From contig JAXMBI010000030.1 in assembly GCA_046349955.1 (NCBI GenBank), positions 17,302 through 81,301 on the forward strand: a stretch of 64,000 bases of DNA, written 5' to 3'. The DNA is from Pirellulales bacterium. Lineage in GTDB: Bacteria > Planctomycetota > Planctomycetia > Pirellulales > JBGAPH01. Under the pieces are notes generated by a model, which saw nothing but the letters and a program-made list of their open reading frames with translations, searched no databases and was not told the DNA's origin. Below, one piece after another: positions 18,694 through 25,965 of the stretch (its first letter is position 1; every line of letters begins with the position of its first letter). Both the position numbers and the translations under genes were made by a program.

Positions 18694-20249
18694 ACCGCTG
18701 GTCCCGCATCCGCAAATACGGCCTCTACGGCGGCCTCATCGTGCTTCTGCTCGTGCCCATGGCGTGGCTCAGCCAACCGGCCACCAGCAAGTCGGCCGGC
18801 GGCAAGCTGGCCACGCTGCGGGCTGACTACAAGCTCAGCCAGGCGAACCTGGGCGAGATCGATCCGGCGAGCGCCACCATGCGGTTGGCTTCGCTGGGCA
18901 TGGCCAACGTGGGGGCCAACCTGCTCTGGTCGCGGGCGAACCACTATAAAAAGGTCGAGGACTGGACGAACTTCCGCGCCACCCTCGACCAGATCATCAA
19001 GCTGCAGCCCAACTTCGTGGCCGTGTGGCGGTTCCAGGCCTGGAACCTGTCGTACAACGTTTCGGCCGAGTTCGACGACTACAAGGACCGCTACCACTGG
19101 GTGAAAGAAGGCATCAAGTACCTGTACCGGGGCAATGAGTTCAACGCCGACAGCCCGCGGCTGCAGTGGGACACGGGGTGGTTCATCTCGCACAAGATCG
19201 GCCGCTCCGACGAGCGCAAGCAATTCCGCCGCATGTTCCGCCACGATGAAGATCTCTTCGGCGAAGACGCCAAGACCAACGAATACGACAACTGGCTCGA
19301 AGGCAAGCGCTGGTTCGAGCGCGCCCACGACACCGTGCGGCGGATCAACAGCTATAAAGGCATGAACCCGTTGATCTTTCATGCCGATCCGGCGATGGCC
19401 CAGATCAACTCCTCGGACAACCTCAACGAGGACGGCGTCTACGGCGAGCGGGCCAAGCAGTCCTGGCAAAAGTCGCACGACGATTGGACCCGCTACGGCG
19501 ACACGATCCTCCCCACCACCTTCGGCTTCGACATCGCACTCAACGATCAAGAGCCGATGGAGAAGAAGGCCAAGGAGCTGCGCGCCAAGCTCGACGAGTT
19601 GGCGCCCGGCGCCCGCGAGCAGATTCGCGAGGAAAAGCGGGCCGCGCTCAAGCCCGAGGAGCGCGCCGCCCTCGACGTGCCTTACGAACAGCGCTCTCCC
19701 GACCAGCAGCAGTTGGCCGGTCCCGTGGAAGACAAAGTGCTCGTCTCGCACCTCGAAGTGGCGCAGCGAGCTCCTGAGGCCAAGCGGCTCGAGGCGCTGA
19801 ACGTGGCTGACGAACTGGCCCGGGCCGAAGAATATGCCCATGGCGTGGAGCGTTACCGCAGCGTCGTGAACTTCAACTACTGGCGGACCCGCTGCGAGAT
19901 GGAACGCACCGACGACGCCATTGCGGCGCACGAACTGGTCCATTCAGGCAAGGAAAAACGCGCCAAGGGCCATCTGCAGGAAGCGAAGGAAGATTTCCGG
20001 GCGGGGCTGGCGAGGTGGAAGGTCGTGATGGCGAAGTTCCCCGAGTTGCTCGATGACCGCACCACGGGCGAGGAGCTGGCTGGCGTGATCGAGGAGTATC
20101 GCACGACGCTCGAGCTGCTCGACGAATCGTTCCCGGAAGACAAGTTCTTCCAGGACGTGCTCAATCGCTACGGGAAACAGGCGGCTATGGCGCGAGAGGA
20201 AGTGCCCGACGAGCCGGCCGAGCCGGCCGCGGCCGAGCCGGCCAAATAA
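18690..20249 (+). CDS. membrane-anchored hypothetical protein (519 aa) translationally coupled to the ABC permease
   Basis: GTG start within GTGA overlaps the permease stop. It has an N-terminal TM segment (YGLYGGLIVLLLVPMAWL), a helical repeat-like body and a charged coiled segment (EKKAKELRAKLDELAPGAREQIREEKRAAL). GC3 is high throughout. Confidence 0.8.
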   Translation: MNRWSRIRKYGLYGGLIVLLLVPMAWLSQPATSKSAGGKLATLRADYKLSQANLGEIDPASATMRLASLGMANVGANLLWSRANHYKKVEDWTNFRATLDQIIKLQPNFVAVWRFQAWNLSYNVSAEFDDYKDRYHWVKEGIKYLYRGNEFNADSPRLQWDTGWFISHKIGRSDERKQFRRMFRHDEDLFGEDAKTNEYDNWLEGKRWFERAHDTVRRINSYKGMNPLIFHADPAMAQINSSDNLNEDGVYGERAKQSWQKSHDDWTRYGDTILPTTFGFDIALNDQEPMEKKAKELRAKLDELAPGAREQIREEKRAALKPEERAALDVPYEQRSPDQQQLAGPVEDKVLVSHLEVAQRAPEAKRLEALNVADELARAEEYAHGVERYRSVVNFNYWRTRCEMERTDDAIAAHELVHSGKEKRAKGHLQEAKEDFRAGLARWKVVMAKFPELLDDRTTGEELAGVIEEYRTTLELLDESFPEDKFFQDVLNRYGKQAAMAREEVPDEPAEPAAAEPAK

Positions 20250-20301
20250 AGGAGGGCAGCGCGGGCAGGGGACTGGTTGGAAGCCGAGGACGTCGTTTCA
20301 G

Positions 20302-21087
20302 ATGCAAGGGTTCGCCGACGTCCACTGTCATCTCTGCGCCGGCCTGGACGACGGTCCCCGCACTCCCGACGATGCGCTCGAAATGTGCCAAATCGCCTGG
20401 GGCGAAGGCACACGCATGGTCGCCGCCACGGCCCATCAGAATGAATCGTGGCCAGAAGTCACGCCGGCAAGAATTCGCGAATCGGCGGCGACGCTGGCGG
20501 CCCAGTTGGCTGAGCTCGAAGTGCCGCTCGAGATCTTTCCCACGGCCGAGGTCATGGTTTGGGCGGGGCTCGAGGAAGCGTGGGACCGCGGCGAACTGCT
20601 CAGCGTCGCCGACGGCGGCAAGTATCTGCTCATCGAGTTGCCGGGCGGGCTGTTTCTCGATTTGTCTTCGCTGATCGTGGCCTTGCGCGAACGCGGACTC
20701 ACGCCGATCCTCGCGCATCCTGAGCGCCATCCCGAACTGCTTCATTCTCCCGGCGTCATGCAGCGCTGGATTGAGCTGGGCTGCCTGGCCCAGGTGTCGT
20801 CGGGGAGCCTGACCGGCGAGATCGCTCCGCGCGACGTGAAAGTTCTGCGGCAATGGGCGGAGCGGGGGCACATCCACCTCATCGGCTCCGACGGCCACTC
20901 GGTGCGGCGTCGGCCGCCGAAACTGGCGGCGGCGCACCGCGTGCTGGCGGAGTGGATCGGCCCGGCGGCTGCCCGGCAGATTTGCGAGACCAATGGCGCC
21001 GCGGTGTTTCGCGGCGAGCCGATCGAGCCGGTCCGCCCAGCGCGTCCCGCTCCCCGCCGCGGCTGGCTCAGCCGCTTCTTCGAATAG
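20302..21087 (+). CDS. PHP-family protein-tyrosine phosphatase (CpsB/YwqE type)
   Basis: The N-terminus reads FADVHCHLCAGLDDGP, followed by TAHQ, ILAHPERH and IGSDGHS. These are the metal-binding motifs of CpsB-type PHP phosphatases. Confidence 0.85.
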   Translation: MQGFADVHCHLCAGLDDGPRTPDDALEMCQIAWGEGTRMVAATAHQNESWPEVTPARIRESAATLAAQLAELEVPLEIFPTAEVMVWAGLEEAWDRGELLSVADGGKYLLIELPGGLFLDLSSLIVALRERGLTPILAHPERHPELLHSPGVMQRWIELGCLAQVSSGSLTGEIAPRDVKVLRQWAERGHIHLIGSDGHSVRRRPPKLAAAHRVLAEWIGPAAARQICETNGAAVFRGEPIEPVRPARPAPRRGWLSRFFE

Positions 21088-21332
21088 CGCTGCGCGAGAA
21101 TCGGCTGGCGTGCGCCGTACGATCGGCAAGGCCGTTAGCCTCGGAACAAGAAATCTCGCACCCACGCCAAGTTGCAGCGATCGGCTGAAGTTTGCGTTGA
21201 CTCTCCCCTCAGAGGAAGTAGGTTTGCGGTGGACCGCGGCCAGATGCGGCGGTCCTCCTAAATGCTTTTCACGACCTCAAAACTCGGCCTTTTGTGGCCG
21301 CTAATCGCCCGATCCGTGGCAGGCAGGCTCCC

Positions 21333-21515
21333 ATGTTCAACGCAATCGCGCGATTCTGGCACGATGACGAAGGCACAACCTCGGTGGAGTACGCCGTGAT
21401 GCTGGCGCTGATTCTGGTCGCCATCATCGGCGCCATTGGCAGCGTGGGGGGCCGAACCGGCGGCATGTGGGGCGGCATCAACACCGACCTCACCTCGGCC
21501 GGCTTCGGCAGCTAG
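21333..21515 (+). CDS. flp: Flp-family type IVb pilin
   Basis: 60-aa product MFNAIARFWHDDEGTTSVEYAVMLALILVAIIGAIG... carries the Flp prepilin motif (G / TTSVEY plus a hydrophobic helix). ATG 21333 is preferred over the upstream alternative start at 21294. Confidence 0.85.
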   Translation: MFNAIARFWHDDEGTTSVEYAVMLALILVAIIGAIGSVGGRTGGMWGGINTDLTSAGFGS

Positions 21516-22600
21516 TCTGCGGGGCGGCGCCCGTCCCTCAGGCCCACGAATAGCCGCCGCCATTGTGCCCAGAGTTCCGCTGGGTTAGTCAGTTCGATTA
21601 CGCGATCTCGCCCTGCGCTGGCCAACCGCCCGCGCAGGGCGTTGTTTTGCGCGAGCCGGCCGATCAGCGCCGGTACGTCGGCCGGCTCCGCGGCCAAGAG
21701 GCCGTGTTGTTCCGGAACGAGCATCTCGCGCCACCCCCAGGCATGCTGCACAACCAAGGGTGTGCCGCTGGCCAGGGCCTCGAGGCCGACGCGCGGCCAA
21801 TTCTCCTGGGCGCCGCCATTCACTTGCGCCAAGCAGTGCACTGAGCGCAAGAACTGATCGGCCGGTTCCCCTCCAGGCGGCAACGCCTCGGCCCAACTCG
21901 GGGGCGGCCCCAGCTTCTCTTGCACCTGATCGCTCCAGCCGAGCACCCGCACCTTGAACGGCCGGTAGGGGACCGCCGCGAACAACTCCCAGGTGTCTGG
22001 GTGAAACTTCGAGGGATCGGCGCGCGAGATTCGGCCGACGATGAACTCCTCGCCTGCCGCGTGGGGCAAGGGCCGGAAGGCGAAGTCGGCAAGGTCGAGC
22101 GCTCCGTGGATCAAGTGGCACTGCGCGGGCGACACTCCATAGCGCGTGAGCGTCGGGAGCAGGTTCTCCCGCTGAAATCGCGACTGAAATACATGCGCGT
22201 CGAACGGACCGTACTGTTCGTAGTGCCGCTCTTCCTCGGTGAAGATCCAGGTCATGCAGTTCGCCCAGACGAGCCGGCAACCGAGCGCGCGGAGGTCCCC
22301 GGCCCGGCGGAGAAACTCGTCGTTGCAGAACGACACGACGATCGCGTCCGCCAGACCAGGGACCGAGGCCAGCTCTGCGGGCCCCTCGATCTCGCAGGTG
22401 CGCAACCCCAACGTGTCGCACCGCCGCCGCCACTCGGGCGGGGTGCGCCACGTGGGGATGAGCGTGACCTCGAGGCCGTGGCTGCGCCACAGTTTGAGGA
22501 CGTGCCAGAGCTCGGTGTCAGCGCCGCCCAGCGCACTGGGATAGCCCACGACGAAGATCGGGGGCAGCCCCTGTTCGGCCGCGGCAAACGATGCCGACAT
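21512..22600 (-). CDS. GT-B fold glycosyltransferase (GT4-like)
   Basis: 362 aa. The C-terminal half carries the sugar-donor pocket pattern ENWPRVGLEALASGTPLVV (E-x7-E-like). The stop shares the palindrome CTAG with the flp stop. Confidence 0.75.
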   Translation of the reverse strand: MSASFAAAEQGLPPIFVVGYPSALGGADTELWHVLKLWRSHGLEVTLIPTWRTPPEWRRRCDTLGLRTCEIEGPAELASVPGLADAIVVSFCNDEFLRRAGDLRALGCRLVWANCMTWIFTEEERHYEQYGPFDAHVFQSRFQRENLLPTLTRYGVSPAQCHLIHGALDLADFAFRPLPHAAGEEFIVGRISRADPSKFHPDTWELFAAVPYRPFKVRVLGWSDQVQEKLGPPPSWAEALPPGGEPADQFLRSVHCLAQVNGGAQENWPRVGLEALASGTPLVVQHAWGWREMLVPEQHGLLAAEPADVPALIGRLAQNNALRGRLASAGRDRVIELTNPAELWAQWRRLFVGLRDGRRPAD

Positions 22601-22640
22601 GCGCTTCCTCGTCTGCTGGCCGCGAACGCCAGGCGCTCGT

Positions 22641-23027
22641 TCAGCAAGTCACGCTGGCCTGGCACTTGCCGGTGAACGTCTTGCTGGCTAAGTCGTAGAT
22701 CACCGATCCCCCGGACGACGAAGACGTGGAAACGGGATACTCGGCCCAGACACAGATCTTGTTGTCAGGATAGGGCGCGTTCGGAGAGCACTGCGCCGTG
22801 CCCACCAGACCCAGACTGTAGTCGCCGTTGGCGTCGGGCGCTACATTCGCCGAACCGGCAGGCGGGCTCGCGCTGCACGTCCCGCTCGAGGAGATGATCT
22901 TCGCATAGACCTTGGTGGCTACGGTGCCCAGCTTGATCGCGCCGCCCCCCTTGACGCATACCAAGTTGCCGTTAGCGCAGTCGCAAGGGGTCTCCGCTCC
23001 GATCGGGCTGGTGATTGAGAGCGCCAT
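22641..23027 (-). CDS. Cys-rich small hypothetical protein (128 aa)
   Basis: ATG 23027 is preceded by GAAAGGAAG, which is SD-like, with a 4-nt spacer. GC3 is high, including the 56 nt that overlap the kinase 3' end. It has 8 Cys residues and Ser/Gly-rich stretches. There is no signal peptide and no recognisable family. Confidence 0.5.
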   Translation of the reverse strand: MALSITSPIGAETPCDCANGNLVCVKGGGAIKLGTVATKVYAKIISSSGTCSASPPAGSANVAPDANGDYSLGLVGTAQCSPNAPYPDNKICVWAEYPVSTSSSSGGSVIYDLASKTFTGKCQASVTC

Positions 23028-24960
23028 GCAGCTTCCTTTCGTTCCCTTGAAGCAACCAAAAACGGTGGAACCGCGTGGTTCCGATCCCGTTCAGGAGTCC
23101 GATGCCGCCTGGCCAATAGTGAGGACGATGCCGGTTGCCGTCGCGCACCAGCTTAGGGAGTTCCTGGCCGTCCCAGTAAACCTTGGTCAACCCGGTCTGA
23201 TCGATCGCGAGGTCAAGCGAGTGCCGTGTGCCAGGTTTCGGCATAGGCACGCTCTCAAAGGCGAATCCTTCGCTCCTGTGCCCCTCGCTCATCCCACTTT
23301 CGAAGGTGTACCAATACAGGCTGAGTTTTCGCTCTGGGTCGTCGGCCGCCCCCGGGCTCAGCAAGATGGCTTGATGGCTCCAGGAGGCTGGAAACTCCTG
23401 GCTGGGCACGGCGCCGAAGAAAATGCCGCTGTGGTGGAACCATTCCTCTTGAGACAACTCGAGATGCAAGGTGAAGGGGCCTTCGGGAGGCTCCTTCAAG
23501 GTCAGCCACCCCGCGCTCTGCACAGAGGTGGCAATATACCCGCCCTCATCCTGCGGATCGGGATCGAATTTGGCGCGCTCCGCAAAGGTTGCGTGATCCA
23601 AAAAGGGCGCAGGATACGCTGCAAGCAGATCCTTCACGATCAGCGGCTCGCGATACGACCGCACGATGCCTAAGAGCACGATCAATGCGAGCATGCCCAA
23701 GGCGACCACTTCGCCGCGCTTGAGCCGCCGAAGACGATTTCCGGCGGCCTCGCGCAGCAGTGTGGGCCGGACGGCAAAGGTGCTTCCCTGCACGTCGCTC
23801 TCGGTGCTAATTCCGCGCGCGAGGCGTCCCCGCACGAGCTCTCCCAGATTCGCGCCCTGGGCAAAGGGAGCGAGCCGCTCCGCCACCGCGCCCATCGAAG
23901 CGGTTCGCTCGCCCGGTGTCTTGGCCAGCATCTCTCTCAACAGCAACGCCAGGCCTTCAGGCACGTCGTCGCGGCGCGAACGGACATCGGGCGCCGCCGT
24001 TTCCAAGTGGGCTTTCATCCGCTCGAACGTGTCGCGCCCCTCCGCCTGAAACGGCGCTTGGCCGGTGAGCAGCTTGAAGAGCGTGCAGCCGAGCCCATAG
24101 ACGTCGGTCCGCGCGTCGACCGCCTCCGCCCGCCACTGCTCGGGGGCCATGTAGTCGGCCGTGCCTGAGCGATCGCCAGCTCCGCTGGCCAGGGAGGCGA
24201 GTCCCAGATCAAGCACTTTGACCTGCCCCGAATCGGAGACGAGCAAGTTCGAGGGCTTTACGTCGCGATGAACCACCTCGAGGCGATGGGCGGTTTCCAA
24301 ACCCGCCGCGGCCTGGCGGACGACCTCGCAAGCTTCGGCGATGGGCAGCGGCCCGCCGTCGAGCATCAGACGGCGCAAATCGACGCCGGCGACGTGCTCC
24401 ATGACCAGGTAGTGGTGCCCATCAGCTTCGCCCGCGTCGTGGGCCAAGATGACGTGCGGATCGGCGAACTTGCCGATCATTTCCATCTCGCGATGGAACC
24501 GCGCGATGGCCTCGGCGTCGGCCAGCCGCTGCGGGGCGAGGAATTTGATCACGACCCGCCGCTTGAGCCGCACGTGCTGGCCCAGGTAGACGCTGCCCAT
24601 GCCGCCCTGGCCGATAAAGTCGCCCAGCAGATAAGGGCCGAACTGCCGCGGGAAGGGCCGGGTTTCCACGGGCTCGCCCTGGCCCGGATCGCGCGCCTTG
24701 AGTTCGTGTCGGAGGAGGGACAGCTCCGCCGACTCGACAGGGGCGGTAGTCGCGTCGCCGCTGGTCTCGCCGCGAATGAGGCCGACAACCGAGTCGCTGG
24801 CGTCGTTATGGGCTTGGAGAAACTCCTGGCAGCGAGAGCACTGCCCCACATGGTGGGCCACCGCCACCAGGCGCTCTTCTTCGAGCTTGCCTACGCTCAG
24901 CGCGACGAGCTCATGGTTGGGCGGGCATCGGAGCGCTGGCTGATCCGCTGGCGTCTTCAT
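22972..24960 (-). CDS. transmembrane Hanks-type Ser/Thr protein kinase with an N-terminal ZAS-like anti-sigma motif and a C-terminal DUF1080/LamG-like sensor domain
   Basis: Kinase motifs are IGQGGMGSVYLG, VIKFL, HRDVKPSNLLV, DLGLA and GTADYMAPEQ. The TM helix is VVALGMLALIVLLGIV. N-terminal residues C12, H37, C41 and C44 form HxxxCxxC. The C-terminal ...GGIGLLNGIGTTRFHRFWLL resembles the end of DUF1080 domains; that assignment is tentative. Confidence 0.9.
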   Translation of the reverse strand: MKTPADQPALRCPPNHELVALSVGKLEEERLVAVAHHVGQCSRCQEFLQAHNDASDSVVGLIRGETSGDATTAPVESAELSLLRHELKARDPGQGEPVETRPFPRQFGPYLLGDFIGQGGMGSVYLGQHVRLKRRVVIKFLAPQRLADAEAIARFHREMEMIGKFADPHVILAHDAGEADGHHYLVMEHVAGVDLRRLMLDGGPLPIAEACEVVRQAAAGLETAHRLEVVHRDVKPSNLLVSDSGQVKVLDLGLASLASGAGDRSGTADYMAPEQWRAEAVDARTDVYGLGCTLFKLLTGQAPFQAEGRDTFERMKAHLETAAPDVRSRRDDVPEGLALLLREMLAKTPGERTASMGAVAERLAPFAQGANLGELVRGRLARGISTESDVQGSTFAVRPTLLREAAGNRLRRLKRGEVVALGMLALIVLLGIVRSYREPLIVKDLLAAYPAPFLDHATFAERAKFDPDPQDEGGYIATSVQSAGWLTLKEPPEGPFTLHLELSQEEWFHHSGIFFGAVPSQEFPASWSHQAILLSPGAADDPERKLSLYWYTFESGMSEGHRSEGFAFESVPMPKPGTRHSLDLAIDQTGLTKVYWDGQELPKLVRDGNRHRPHYWPGGIGLLNGIGTTRFHRFWLLQGNERKLHGALNHQPDRSGDPLRLR

Positions 24961-25564
24961 GATTCGTCGCCTGGCGATTCGCTCTTAAGTGACGGATAAC
25001 GCGCGATCTAATGACATAGACGGTTGCGAGCTTCAGGTCGTAGCGGGCCGCCAATTCGTGCGCGGTCGACGTGCCGTTCACCATTTCGCGGCAGATGATC
25101 CAATCGCGGTCGCTCACCTCGGCCCGCAGCCGGTCGATTTCTGCCTGACGCCAATCGAGGTCGTCCTCTTCTTCCCTGGGAGAAGGCAAACTGTGGAGCC
25201 GAACCAGGGCCTCGGAGCCGCCCTCGGCGACGCCTACGCGGCGTTTCCGCCGCCGTTCTTCGTCGAGCGCCTTTCTTGCCGTAATCTGCCGCAGCCAGCC
25301 GCGGAACGTGTCGGTGTCTCGATCATGGCGGTACTGTTCGAGATTTGCCATCACGGCGGACAGCGCCTCTTGGACGACGTCACGGGCGTCGTTCGGCGGC
25401 ACTCCGTATTTCAGGCACCACGAGTAGATCGTGTTCGCGTACTTGTCGACCAACTCATTCCACGCTGACGGGTCGGCGGCGACCGCCTTTCGCAGCAGCG
25501 AGGTCGAGGTCCCGCTCAAGCCATCGTGCGGCCCTCTACCATCATTAACGTTTGGACCTGTCAT
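24911..25564 (-). CDS. ECF-type RNA polymerase sigma-70 family factor
   Basis: Region 2 reads DARDVVQEALSAV ... FRGWLRQITARKALD. The region 4 helix-turn-helix reads AHELAARYDLKLATVYVIRSRVIRHLR. The 3' end overlaps the kinase start by 50 nt. Confidence 0.9.
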   Translation of the reverse strand: MTGPNVNDGRGPHDGLSGTSTSLLRKAVAADPSAWNELVDKYANTIYSWCLKYGVPPNDARDVVQEALSAVMANLEQYRHDRDTDTFRGWLRQITARKALDEERRRKRRVGVAEGGSEALVRLHSLPSPREEEDDLDWRQAEIDRLRAEVSDRDWIICREMVNGTSTAHELAARYDLKLATVYVIRSRVIRHLRANRQATNHEDASGSASAPMPAQP

Positions 25565-25965
25565 GATTTTTCCAAAACGGTTCCGAGGCAGATCCTTCTG
25601 ATGCTAACGACCGGGCTTTCTCCCGCAACAGGGGGGGTGTTTTCAAAATCGTGTTAGATCCGAACGTTAATAGTAGTAGGGAATGCCATTTCCCACCCCA
25701 CAGTTCATGTTTGCGAGGACCGGGCCTCCGTGGGCCGCCCCGCCTTGGGGCGGCCCACTTTTCGACTCTCGCGAGCGGCAAAACCGTTCGGAGGCGAATT
25801 GTTTTTGTGTAGTGTATGCGTGTTGCGTATCTTGGCTCTGCCGGAGGGAACTCGTTGCCGGGTATGGCGTACGAGCTCCCTTTTCCCGTCATCAGGTCGC
25901 GCGCTTGGTTCTACGTCTTGCCGGGTGCAACGATTTGATTGCGGCTTCAACCGCTTAGGCATACG

